64,000 bases of DNA. Source: an uncultured Candidatus Poseidoniales archaeon (lineage in GTDB: Archaea; Thermoplasmatota; Poseidoniia; Poseidoniales; Thalassarchaeaceae). The notes below the pieces were generated by a model. It saw nothing but the letters and a program-made list of their open reading frames with translations, did no database searches and had not been told where the DNA came from. Positions 1-8,728 of this stretch are shown one piece after another (within the stretch, counting starts at the first letter, position 1; the number at the start of each line of letters is the position of its first letter). The position numbers were made by a program, and so were the translations under genes. The stretch covers positions 7,763 through 71,762 of the forward strand of contig CAXAFE010000001.1 in NCBI GenBank assembly GCA_963968165.1, in the 5' to 3' direction.

Positions 1-1
1 C

Positions 2-151
2 GGTATTAGAGATGGCGAGACAGCTAAGATTGCAGCAAATGCGGGTGCAGATTGGATAGTTACTGGTAATCTAGCAGAAGAATACTCTGATGCTGACGAA
101 CTTCAAAACGTTCTGACGAAGTTTATATTCGAAATGAATCAAAAGATATAA
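2..151 (+). CDS. geranylgeranylglyceryl phosphate synthase (GGGPS/PcrB family), C-terminal fragment; 5' end outside window
   Basis: Frame 2 is open from the window edge to TAA at 149-151. It translates GIRDGETAKIAANAGADWIVTGNLAEEYSDADELQ..., resembling the GGGIR...AGAD.IVTGN C-terminal segment of GGGPS/PcrB TIM barrels. It is absent from the supplied ORF track because no start lies in the window. Confidence 0.55.
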   Translation, partial: GIRDGETAKIAANAGADWIVTGNLAEEYSDADELQNVLTKFIFEMNQKI

Positions 152-204
152 TATTCATCAAAATTTATACAAAAATAAAATTAGCTAAATTTTATACTAG
201 ATGA

Positions 205-996
205 CTAGTAAAATAGAGATAAACACGTCAATGAACCATCAGCATCCATAATGGGACCCATATCAACTGAAGTTATAGAAAAGCCATGATTCAATAGGGC
301 ACGTCTAGTTTCAGTAAAACCTTCAGCAATTATTACTTTATCATTTGCATAACCAAGCACATTCGCTGCATAACTCTCTGAATTTGGTACCATAATAATT
401 TCTTCTATAAAATTTAGTTGCTTGGGATCTAAGTGCCCTTCAGCCAATATCATACTTCCAGGTCTTGGACTCGAACATACAGTTGTCAGATGTAATGTTG
501 ATGATGGTATATCAATTAATTCGTATTCATAACCAGATTTTTTAACACAGGAACCTAAAAATTCAGCTCCTAACTTATTTGTTCTCGTAGAAACACCTAT
601 CAAGAATCTGTCATCAAAAAAGACGACATCTCCTCCATCCATAGAACAATCTTTTGGCATTCCTATTATTTCGAAATCATTTGATAAATATTCTTTTATA
701 GATAATTCTTCACCTTGTCTAGAAAGGTGCCCCATATTAGATATTACTGCTTTATTATCGATTAATACTGCCGTATCTTCCACAAAACAAGAGTCTGGAT
801 ATTTCTCAAGTTCAGGTAAAACTATTACATCAGTCCCATGTGCTTCTAAAGCGGCTACATATGCTGAATGAGACCCTGCTGCCTTTTTATAATCGGGAGA
901 CTCAACCCCAAAATATGACGACAGAGCAGATGAGTAACTAGAAGAAATCCTTCTCGTTATTGCGTTCTGCTTTGATCTATCATGTGACCCGGGCAT
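205..996 (-). CDS. amidinotransferase-superfamily enzyme, dimethylarginine dimethylaminohydrolase (DDAH)-like
   Basis: 263-aa ORF. The C-terminal ...MDADGSLTCLSLFY places a Cys where the catalytic Cys of the DDAH/arginine-deiminase fold sits. The DGGDV and HLTTVCS segments fit the family pattern as I recall it. Family-level call by eye. Confidence 0.6.
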   Translation of the reverse strand: MPGSHDRSKQNAITRRISSSYSSALSSYFGVESPDYKKAAGSHSAYVAALEAHGTDVIVLPELEKYPDSCFVEDTAVLIDNKAVISNMGHLSRQGEELSIKEYLSNDFEIIGMPKDCSMDGGDVVFFDDRFLIGVSTRTNKLGAEFLGSCVKKSGYEYELIDIPSSTLHLTTVCSSPRPGSMILAEGHLDPKQLNFIEEIIMVPNSESYAANVLGYANDKVIIAEGFTETRRALLNHGFSITSVDMGPIMDADGSLTCLSLFY

Positions 997-1070
997 GGTA
1001 TTACGACATAGTACGACATGATAATACTTCGGAATTAGGAATACCTTTTCCTAAAAACATCATATAAATC

Positions 1071-1517
1071 CTACATATTCTGTAACTTTTTAATATGATT
1101 TTCCATATCTAAAACTAATAATAACAATTCTTCTTCGTTTTGGAGTAACTTAGCATTCTCTAACTCTAATTTTTTCAATTTATTGTGATCAGATTCTAAG
1201 CTAGTGTTTCGGTATCTCTCATTTTCTAATTGCTTGCCTAATTGTAAAATCTTCATATTAGCAACTCGAATTTTTTCATCAAGTTCTGCAACTAGTGCCC
1301 TATTTGGTTTAGATTTCGATTTTCTTTCTAGTTCGATAGATCTCCACTGCTTTCTACCGACTGCCAACTCAACTTCTAATTTATTTATTTCGTCCCACAA
1401 TTCAATTACTTCTTCAACAAGCCTATCTTGTGGAAAATCTTTCAATCTTTCAACAAGACTGATGGAAATAATAGTCCCATCAACATTTTTTTCTTGTTTG
1501 CTCTTATGGGCCACCAT
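1071..1517 (-). CDS. hypothetical coiled-coil protein
   Basis: 148-aa ORF rich in K/E/L with heptad character (..LKKLELENAKLLQNEEELLLL..). No catalytic motif. The + strand ORF 1204..1530 is its low-complexity antisense shadow. Confidence 0.5.
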   Translation of the reverse strand: MVAHKSKQEKNVDGTIISISLVERLKDFPQDRLVEEVIELWDEINKLEVELAVGRKQWRSIELERKSKSKPNRALVAELDEKIRVANMKILQLGKQLENERYRNTSLESDHNKLKKLELENAKLLQNEEELLLLVLDMENHIKKLQNM

Positions 1518-1675
1518 TGTCTTTCAATAAACAAGCTTGTTAATTACCATTTGAACCTTGAGTACATCTATCTTCTGAAGCTGCAATAATGTGATAAATC
1601 TGACATATCCAAACAAATTTTATAAGAATTTAAGATACAAATTATAAGTTTAAATTTCATATTATCAATAACGTC

Positions 1676-1686
1676 GCTTTTATATC
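1676..1686 (+). promoter_or_regulatory. putative archaeal TATA box for the LX gene (short-leader or leaderless transcript)
   Basis: TTTTATAT at about 1678-1685, centred about 27 nt upstream of the ATG at 1709 in a divergent intergenic region. Based on position and sequence only. Confidence 0.3.
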
Positions 1687-1708
1687 AACACCATTGTTGG
1701 GTTAGTTT

Positions 1709-1936
1709 ATGAAAGCATACAGGGCAAAAGGTACATTTCGGAATGGTAAGCACAATCAAGCCTATACATTAGACATTGTAGCTTCAGATGATGAAGATGC
1801 AGAACATCGAGTTTATTCTAATTTTGGAAGTAGACATGCAACCCCTCGTAGATTTGTAATAATCGATACCTTAGAAACCATAAATCCAGACGAGTCTACT
1901 GCTGCTGTTGTTGTAGCACATTTTAGAGATGAATGA
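1709..1936 (+). CDS. rplX: 50S ribosomal protein LX (L18Ae/eL20 family)
   Basis: 75 aa. MKAYRAKGTFRNGKHNQAYTLDIVASDDEDAEHRVYSNFGSRH... fits the archaeal LX pattern (MK.[FY]R.KG.F..G.......I.A..E.DA...VYS..GS.H). It lies on the same strand as pfdA and ftsY, its usual archaeal neighbours. Confidence 0.8.
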   Translation: MKAYRAKGTFRNGKHNQAYTLDIVASDDEDAEHRVYSNFGSRHATPRRFVIIDTLETINPDESTAAVVVAHFRDE

Positions 1937-1994
1937 AGCATATCTTTAGTCATTCACACAAATCGTGAAAGCATAGAGGTATACAGGCCCCCAT

Positions 1995-2549
1995 ATGAAA
2001 AAAGCATTCATGAGGCAATACTGGCGAATCCAGCAGAGTCAAACACTTATCTCGATGGCTTTTTGGATTACAACTTTAACATTACTAATGTGGCCAATGG
2101 TTAGTTGGAGATTCGATTCAAATAGAGATATAATTGGTATATCTATGACATATTGGGGTCTAGCCTCGATAGCAATGAGCGTGTTGGTATCTGTTTTATT
2201 ATTAGGATGGATATACGATGTCGTATTAGGCTTGTGGAGGGAGCATCTAACAGTTGTTCAAGAACGTAATCCATTTACAACATACAAGGTAAATGCCCCC
2301 TGGGGAATACTTCTTGCTCAGACTAATACTATTCTAAGAAAATTATCAGATGAAGAAGATACGGACATTCTACGCCACTGTGACTTTATTGATAGGTGGT
2401 TGGATTGGAATGCAAATCAAGAAATCTGGGCAAGATCGTACTCTTCATGGAAGAAAATAATAGGAGACGAAGATCCTTATCTATTCCACATTACAGAGGA
2501 AACAAGAACTAATCTAGAGGCAGCTGCGAATGACATACATGATTTTTGA
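1995..2549 (+). CDS. hypothetical membrane protein (2-3 TM helices, soluble acidic C-terminus)
   Basis: 184-aa ORF with hydrophobic segments (LISMAFWITTLTLLMWPMV; LASIAMSVLVSVLLLGWIY). Its stop overlaps the cysQ reading frame, implying co-transcription. No recognisable family. Confidence 0.55.
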   Translation: MKKAFMRQYWRIQQSQTLISMAFWITTLTLLMWPMVSWRFDSNRDIIGISMTYWGLASIAMSVLVSVLLLGWIYDVVLGLWREHLTVVQERNPFTTYKVNAPWGILLAQTNTILRKLSDEEDTDILRHCDFIDRWLDWNANQEIWARSYSSWKKIIGDEDPYLFHITEETRTNLEAAANDIHDF

Positions 2550-2566
2550 TACACAGGAGAGGTAAT

Positions 2567-3367
2567 TTGAATCCAGAAGATATCATAAAAATTTCCCAAA
2601 TTGCTGGAGATGCTATATTAGAAATATATAATAGAAATACAGATTTACAAGTCTCACACAAAGGCGACAACTCTCCTCTAACCGAGGCGGATTTGGCGGC
2701 ACATGATATAATTATTGAAATGCTTCAAGATTTAGACAATACTCCTGTAGTATCAGAAGAAGGTAGAGTAGGCAATCCGGCCAATTCAGATACTTGTTGG
2801 TTAGTCGATCCATTAGATGGTACAAAAGAATTTATAAAAAGAAATGGTATGTTTACTGTCAATATTGCACTAATGAAAAGAAAGAAAAATCGGTGGAAGC
2901 CAATTTTTGGTGTAGTACATGCTCCAGTAACTAAGACTACTTGGTTTGGAGGCACAATGCTGCCATCCGAACGGAGAGGCCCTGATGGTTCAGGTCTGAT
3001 AATGGTAAAACCATCAAATAAAAATTCTCCAGTTAGATTAGTCGCAAGTGGAAGTCATAGAGGATCAAATGACGAAGAATTTGCAAAAAAACTCGGTAAT
3101 TATGATTTAGTTAGAATGGGGTCATCATTGAAAGCGTGTATAGTTGCCGAAGGAAATGCAGATCTATATCCACGATTTGGACCAACATCATGCTGGGACA
3201 TTGCAGCAGCACACGCCGTTATTTTAGGAGCAGGCGGTTCTGTGTTAGGGCCAAAGGGCTACACATTAGATTATGACGTAATAGATAAAATCCTTAATCC
3301 ATATTTTATTGTCACATCTGACAATAGATGGACCGAGGATTGGGTTATTCAAAACGATTCAATTTGA
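2567..3367 (+). CDS. cysQ: 3'(2'),5'-bisphosphate nucleotidase CysQ (inositol monophosphatase family)
   Basis: IMPase/CysQ motifs are present: SPLTEADL, WLVDPLDGTKEF, WDIAAAHAVILGAGG. The ORF track starts at TTG 2546. I prefer TTG 2567 (MNPEDIIKISQIAGDAILEIY) because AGGAGAGG lies 4-11 nt upstream. Confidence 0.8.
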   Translation: MNPEDIIKISQIAGDAILEIYNRNTDLQVSHKGDNSPLTEADLAAHDIIIEMLQDLDNTPVVSEEGRVGNPANSDTCWLVDPLDGTKEFIKRNGMFTVNIALMKRKKNRWKPIFGVVHAPVTKTTWFGGTMLPSERRGPDGSGLIMVKPSNKNSPVRLVASGSHRGSNDEEFAKKLGNYDLVRMGSSLKACIVAEGNADLYPRFGPTSCWDIAAAHAVILGAGGSVLGPKGYTLDYDVIDKILNPYFIVTSDNRWTEDWVIQNDSI

Positions 3368-3414
3368 ATCCTACTCCCGTCGATGTGAAATAGACATTAA
3401 TACACGCATATACA

Positions 3415-4308
3415 ATGAATCACCTCGCTACCTTAGAGGCAGAAGCCATTCACATCATGCGTGAAGTAGTTGCAGAAGCGGAGAATCCGGTAATGCTTTA
3501 TTCAGTTGGCAAGGATTCTTCAGTCATGCTACATTTGGCAAAAAAAGCTTTTTATCCTGGTAAAATTCCTTTTCCTTTAATGCATATTGATACGATGTGG
3601 AAATTTTCAGAAATGATAGAGTTCCGAGATAATACTGCCAAGGAATTAGGATTAAATCTACTAGTTCATATTAATCCAGATGGTAAAGAATTAGGCATTA
3701 ATCCTTTTATCCATGGGTCTTCAAAGCATACAAATATAATGAAAACTGAAGGATTGAAACAAGCCCTAGATAAATATGAATTTGATGTTGCATTTGGAGG
3801 AGCCCGTCGGGATGAAGAAAAATCACGTGCAAAGGAAAGAATATTTTCCTTTAGAACATCCAATCACCGATGGGATCCTAAAAATCAACGTCCAGAATTA
3901 TGGAATATATTTAACTCTAACATAAATAAAGGCGAATCAATTAGAGTATTCCCACTCTCAAATTGGACTGAATTAGATATTTGGCAATACATACATCTGG
4001 AAAAAATTCCAATCGTCCCCCTATATTATTCTAAAGAAAGACCGGTTGTTGAGAGAGATGGGACACTAATTCTTGTCGATGATGACAGGTTGCCATTAAG
4101 GGAAGGTGAAGTGCCAATGATGAAAAGTGTACGATTTAGAACTTTAGGATGTTATCCACTATCGGGTGCCGTCGAATCAGAAGCAGATACATTACAGCAA
4201 ATTATTCAAGAAATGCTTCTGACAACTACATCGGAAAGACAAGATAGAATTATCGATCATGATAGCAATGCTTCTATGGAGAAAAAGAAACAGGAGGGCT
4301 ATTTTTAA
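3415..4308 (+). CDS. cysD: sulfate adenylyltransferase subunit 2 (CysD)
   Basis: [43 protein letters not shown] is near-identical in pattern to bacterial CysD (PAPS-reductase-fold SxGKDS motif). The stop overlaps the cysNC start (TAATG). Confidence 0.95.
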   Translation: MNHLATLEAEAIHIMREVVAEAENPVMLYSVGKDSSVMLHLAKKAFYPGKIPFPLMHIDTMWKFSEMIEFRDNTAKELGLNLLVHINPDGKELGINPFIHGSSKHTNIMKTEGLKQALDKYEFDVAFGGARRDEEKSRAKERIFSFRTSNHRWDPKNQRPELWNIFNSNINKGESIRVFPLSNWTELDIWQYIHLEKIPIVPLYYSKERPVVERDGTLILVDDDRLPLREGEVPMMKSVRFRTLGCYPLSGAVESEADTLQQIIQEMLLTTTSERQDRIIDHDSNASMEKKKQEGYF

Positions 4309-6197
4309 TGTCACATGTAAGTGATTTAATTTCAACTGATATTGAAACATATCTAGAAACTCATCACCAAAAAGGCCTATTGAGATTTATTACATGTGGT
4401 TCTGTCGATGATGGTAAATCTACATTAATCGGTAGAATGTTATACGAATCTCATATGCTTTTTGATGATCAAATCAATTCTTTAGAATCAGACTCAAAGA
4501 AAATTGGTACTCAAGGTTCAGAAATAGATTTCGCACTATTGGTCGATGGTTTAGCAGCTGAAAGAGAACAGGGCATAACTATAGACGTAGCATATAGATT
4601 TTTTTCAACTGATAAAAGAAAATATATTGTTGCAGATACTCCGGGTCATGAAGAATATACTCGTAACATGGCTACTGGGGCCTCTACAGCTGATTTGGCA
4701 ATAATCCTGATAGACGCTCAATCTGGGGTGATGACCCAAACTCGCCGACATTCGTTCATTGTATCAATGGTTGGAGTTAAAAAAGTGGTTTTAGCGATAA
4801 ATAAACTAGATCTAGTTAACTACTCAGAGCAAGTGTATAACAAAATTGTAAATGATTACAGAAAATTTGCCAACAGCGCACTAGATATTGAAGAGATAAT
4901 TCCTATTCCTATATCGGCACTGAATGGTGATAATGTAGTTAGTGTGAGTATGAACACTCCATGGTATGCAGGCCAAACTATTATGCAATATCTAGAAAAC
5001 GTTGAAGTCGCTAATGAAAAACTGATCAAACCATTCAGAATGCCGGTACAATGGGTGAATAGGCCAAATTCTGAATTTAGAGGTTTTTGTGGATTAATAG
5101 CCAGTGGAAGTATAAACGTAGGGGAAGAAATTAGGATAATCCCTGGAGGAAAAACGACCAATATTAAAAGAATAATTGTTGGGGATGAGGAAAAGAATTC
5201 AGCATCTTATGGAGATTCAATAACAATTACACTAGACAGTCAAATTGATGTATCCAGAGGAGATGTTTTTACTCAATCTTCAGATCCATGTAGTGAAGCA
5301 GATCAATTCCAAACAAGAATATTATGGATGCACGATGATCCTATGATGCCAGGTAGACAATATTTGATAAAATCCAGTACCCAATCTGCAGTTATGACAC
5401 TAGGGAAACTAAAGTACCGTATAGATGTCAATAATCTTGATAATTTACCGGCCAAGGTCCTAGAGATGAATGAAATTGGTATTTGTAATATTTCACTAGA
5501 TCGCCGTATAGCATTTGATCCATATATACAAAATCAAACAATGGGGGGTTTTATCATAGTTGATAAATTAACCAATAATACAATTGGAATGGGATTAATT
5601 GATTTTGCTCTACGGCGTTCGGAAAATATTCATTGGCAAAAAATGGATATATCCAAAGAATCACGAGCTCTACAAAAATCACAAATTCCACGATTAATAT
5701 GGTTCACCGGTCTCTCAGGATCAGGAAAATCTTCTATTGCTAATGTTTTAGAAAAAAAACTACAGTCCATGGGCAGACATACGATTACCCTCGACGGAGA
5801 TAATATCCGACATGGTTTAAATCGAGATTTAGGTTTCAATGAACACGACCGCGTTGAAAATGTACGAAGAGTAGGCGAAGTCGCAAAATTAATGCTTGAT
5901 TCAGGACTAATATGCATAACATCTTTCATTTCACCATTCGAGTCTGAACGAAATATGGCTAGAAATCTTGTATCAAAAAATGAATTTATCGAAGTTTTTG
6001 TAGATACACCGCTTTCAGTTTGTGAAGAAAGAGACATTAAAGGACTTTATGCAAAGGCTCGATCTGGTGATATACCTAATTTTACAGGAATCTCTAGTCC
6101 ATTTGAAATTCCTCAGAATCCTGAAATAAAAATCAATACCGTCAATTCAAGCCCGGAAGAAGCAGCCGATATAATAATTTCATATCTTTCTAAGTAA
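4308..6197 (+). CDS. cysNC: bifunctional sulfate adenylyltransferase subunit 1 (CysN GTPase) / adenylylsulfate kinase (CysC)
   Basis: The N-terminal GTPase has LRFITCGSVDDGKSTLIGRML, DTPGHEEY and NKLD. The C-terminal approximately 180 aa has the APS-kinase P-loop IWFTGLSGSGKSSIANVLEKKL and LDGDNIRHGLN. Confidence 0.95.
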   Translation: MSHVSDLISTDIETYLETHHQKGLLRFITCGSVDDGKSTLIGRMLYESHMLFDDQINSLESDSKKIGTQGSEIDFALLVDGLAAEREQGITIDVAYRFFSTDKRKYIVADTPGHEEYTRNMATGASTADLAIILIDAQSGVMTQTRRHSFIVSMVGVKKVVLAINKLDLVNYSEQVYNKIVNDYRKFANSALDIEEIIPIPISALNGDNVVSVSMNTPWYAGQTIMQYLENVEVANEKLIKPFRMPVQWVNRPNSEFRGFCGLIASGSINVGEEIRIIPGGKTTNIKRIIVGDEEKNSASYGDSITITLDSQIDVSRGDVFTQSSDPCSEADQFQTRILWMHDDPMMPGRQYLIKSSTQSAVMTLGKLKYRIDVNNLDNLPAKVLEMNEIGICNISLDRRIAFDPYIQNQTMGGFIIVDKLTNNTIGMGLIDFALRRSENIHWQKMDISKESRALQKSQIPRLIWFTGLSGSGKSSIANVLEKKLQSMGRHTITLDGDNIRHGLNRDLGFNEHDRVENVRRVGEVAKLMLDSGLICITSFISPFESERNMARNLVSKNEFIEVFVDTPLSVCEERDIKGLYAKARSGDIPNFTGISSPFEIPQNPEIKINTVNSSPEEAADIIISYLSK

Positions 6198-6238
6198 TGA
6201 TAGCGACGCCTTCATGACAGACAGCAACTTCGTACGGG

Positions 6239-6772
6239 GTGATGTCTGCCATCGACCAAGTAGAATTACAGAAAATTGCGCAGCAGGTAGAGATAAGTAG
6301 AGAGCGTTTACAATCTATGGAACAACAAATAAAAAGATTAGATGAAGTGAAGTCTGAACAATCACAAGCCATAAAAGCATTAATCTCAATACCTGTAAAT
6401 GGTTCTGATGGAGTTATGATTCCATTAGGATCCGGAGTACAGATACAAGCAAATATTCCAGAAGATGCAGGAGCAATAATTGATATCGGGTCCAGAATTC
6501 AAGCGGAAAAAACACGGGAAGAGGCAATAACTATTTTGAGTAATAGAAGTAATGAATTGAACAATATTCTTGAAAAATTAAAATCTGAATATGCCGTACT
6601 AGAAGAGTACATAGTATCTCTAGCTCATCAATTTACATCTGGAGTCGAAGAACTACAATTAAACAAAATTACTCCGGAAATCAATGACTCAGAGAAATTA
6701 ATAGATGATAAAGTAGTAAAATCAGTAAGAAAGAGAAGGAAAAGAGGCACAGAACTTACCTTAGATGATTAA
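6239..6772 (+). CDS. pfdA: prefoldin alpha subunit
   Basis: 177 aa with two coiled-coil arms flanking a beta-hairpin core (VMIPLGSGVQIQANI...AIIDIGSRIQAEKTREEAI). It sits directly upstream of ftsY, as in many archaea. Confidence 0.8.
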   Translation: MMSAIDQVELQKIAQQVEISRERLQSMEQQIKRLDEVKSEQSQAIKALISIPVNGSDGVMIPLGSGVQIQANIPEDAGAIIDIGSRIQAEKTREEAITILSNRSNELNNILEKLKSEYAVLEEYIVSLAHQFTSGVEELQLNKITPEINDSEKLIDDKVVKSVRKRRKRGTELTLDD

Positions 6773-6777
6773 GAGGA

Positions 6778-8052
6778 ATGATAATGGGTTTATTCGATAA
6801 ATTCAAGAAACGGGTAAAAAACCCTTCAATTGAACATGATATTACAGTTGAGGATGGAACTAAAGAAGCAAAACTTGCCATTGCAAAACGGGAAAAAAGA
6901 ATTAAAAATTTAGAGGCAAAAACCAGCAAACCTGATGTTGCTCGACCACCTTCAATCATAGAAGATGAATGGGATGAAATGCCATTGGATGTATTGGATA
7001 ATCCGTTTAATAGTGTAAATACTGCAAGAGAAAGAAAAATAGCAAAGCGTGCCAAATCCATGCAGGAAACCCATACTAGAAAGAATAAGTTAGATAAGAA
7101 AAATAATGATATGACAACATCAACAGGTAAAAAATTAATTCCTAAGATTACAAACTCATTCAATATTGATTTTTCCAAGGATGAGGTAAAAAGAGGTGGT
7201 AGAATAGTAAAAGGAGGACCTTTACTTGAAGAAATATTAGAAGAGTTAGAAATGGATTTATTATCTGCAGATATTGGGCATAAATCTGTATCGGAACTAA
7301 TATATTTACTGAGAATTCAACTAGTTGGTGCCCGAATCGACAAAAGGATTAATTTGGAGACGATAATAGAAAAAGCCGTTAGAAATTCTCTATTATCACT
7401 ATTAAGTACGGGATATTGGGACTTTGATAAAACAATAGGTGCATTTGTTTCAGAAGAATCCCCTGTAATAATAATGATGGTGGGAGTAAATGGGACCGGT
7501 AAAACAACTACTGCAGCTAAAATTACTCATAGATTGATGAATACTGGATATTCCGTGGTTTTGGCTGCTGCTGATACATTTAGGGCCGGGGCTATCGATC
7601 AATTAGCACTGCATGCAGAAAAATTAGGTGCAAGGTGTATCAAAAGTCAGAGAGGTGGAGATGCCGCTGCAATTTCAAGAGATGCAATTGAAAGCGCAAA
7701 GGCTAGAGGAGAAGATATAGTAATTATTGATACAGCAGGTAGGATGCAAAATAAAACCAATCTTATGAACGAATTACAAAAAGTGCATAGAGTTACTGAA
7801 CCACATCTTGTACTATTTGTTGCCGATGCCTTGGCAGGCAATGATGCAGTAATGCAAGCAATAGAGTTTCAAAAAATATTGGCCTTTGATGGAGCAGTAT
7901 TATCAAAATTAGATACAGATGCGAGGGGAGGGGCAGCACTTTCTATCGCCCATGCAACCGGCAAACCGATTATCTTAGCTGGAGTTGGACAAAATTATGA
8001 CGATATAGAATTATTCGATCCAAGTTGGCTTCTAGAATCAATTTTGAAATAG
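6778..8052 (+). CDS. ftsY: signal recognition particle receptor FtsY
   Basis: A charged N-terminal A-domain is followed by an NG domain with MMVGVNGTGKTTTAAKI, DTAGR and SKLDTDARGG. The ATG at 6784 (AGAGG 7 nt upstream) is an equally plausible start. Confidence 0.92.
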   Translation: MIMGLFDKFKKRVKNPSIEHDITVEDGTKEAKLAIAKREKRIKNLEAKTSKPDVARPPSIIEDEWDEMPLDVLDNPFNSVNTARERKIAKRAKSMQETHTRKNKLDKKNNDMTTSTGKKLIPKITNSFNIDFSKDEVKRGGRIVKGGPLLEEILEELEMDLLSADIGHKSVSELIYLLRIQLVGARIDKRINLETIIEKAVRNSLLSLLSTGYWDFDKTIGAFVSEESPVIIMMVGVNGTGKTTTAAKITHRLMNTGYSVVLAAADTFRAGAIDQLALHAEKLGARCIKSQRGGDAAAISRDAIESAKARGEDIVIIDTAGRMQNKTNLMNELQKVHRVTEPHLVLFVADALAGNDAVMQAIEFQKILAFDGAVLSKLDTDARGGAALSIAHATGKPIILAGVGQNYDDIELFDPSWLLESILK

Positions 8053-8101
8053 GTTCCAAACCGTATTCTTCATCAATAGGGCCTATGTGTCATGAACAAC
8101 A

Positions 8102-8719
8102 ATGGCCACTGACGATGATAAAATTGCTTTGATAGCAGTTAGTAATCCTATAACTTCAGGAAGAATTAATACAATCTTAAATCAAAAAGGGTGGATTACT
8201 CATACATGTTCTGATGGAGATGTAGCCGTAGATAACTATGTTAAATTAAAACCTCATTTAGTATTCTTAAGCATAGATCTAACAATAATTGACGGTCATG
8301 TAGCCGCTTTAGAAATCAGAGAAACTGATGTTAATGCAAGAATAGTGTTCGTTAGCAGTAAAACAAGAATGGCCAAGGCTCAAGAGGTAGCATTTTCAGC
8401 AGGCGCAGTAGGAATAATTAGTACTCCATTGACACAATCAAAAGTCGATAATATTTGGGAAAAATTATTTCTAGATATACCAGATGCACCTGGTTTAGCA
8501 GATCTTGATATACTGTATCCGGAGTTACCAGAGAGAAAAATTACTGAAGATACCCCAATGCCAATGCCAATGCCAATGCCATTCATAGAAGGTAAACATG
8601 ACACCTCACCTAAAAAGAAAAGAAATATTCTTGCTAATATTAAGATTTTAGTCTTAATCTTATCTGGAATTATCTTAAGTTCGGCTGGGTTACTTTACCT
8701 AGAGATTATCAGTTTTTAG
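8102..8719 (+). CDS. receiver (CheY-like) domain protein with degenerate active site, PM-repeat linker and C-terminal TM anchor
   Basis: REC-like alternation is visible. Beta1 is IALIAVSNP, which lacks the DD pair. Beta3 is LVFLSIDLTIIDG, with the Asp retained. Beta4 is IVFVSSKT. Beta5 is AVGIISTP, with Thr in place of the conserved Lys. A PMPMPMPMP linker and the hydrophobic tail ILVLILSGIILSSAGLLYLEII follow. Confidence 0.6.
   Translation: MATDDDKIALIAVSNPITSGRINTILNQKGWITHTCSDGDVAVDNYVKLKPHLVFLSIDLTIIDGHVAALEIRETDVNARIVFVSSKTRMAKAQEVAFSAGAVGIISTPLTQSKVDNIWEKLFLDIPDAPGLADLDILYPELPERKITEDTPMPMPMPMPFIEGKHDTSPKKKRNILANIKILVLILSGIILSSAGLLYLEIISF
8555..8581 (+). repeat. hexanucleotide microsatellite (CCAATG)x4.5 encoding PMPMPMPMP
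   Basis: Direct read: ccaatg ccaatg ccaatg ccaatg cca, inside CDS 8102..8719. Unit changes would stay in frame. Confidence 0.95.
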
Positions 8720-8728
8720 TGTCTAAAC

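Noticed and set aside
1204-1530. Many 60-170-aa ORFs on the track lie wholly antisense to long, homology-supported genes. Examples: 1204..1530, 2725..2955, 3666..3863, 4856..5161, 5630..6037, 6756..7178, 10601..10972, 12331..12675, 13246..13647, 27487..28008, 30014..30442, 45153..45665, 49021..49494, 55459..55812, 56133..56405.
   Set aside because: Each is nested in or overlaps a gene with clear family motifs on the other strand. Their translations are low-complexity (S/L/I/F-rich) with no recognisable motifs, which is the expected shadow-ORF behaviour in AT-rich DNA.
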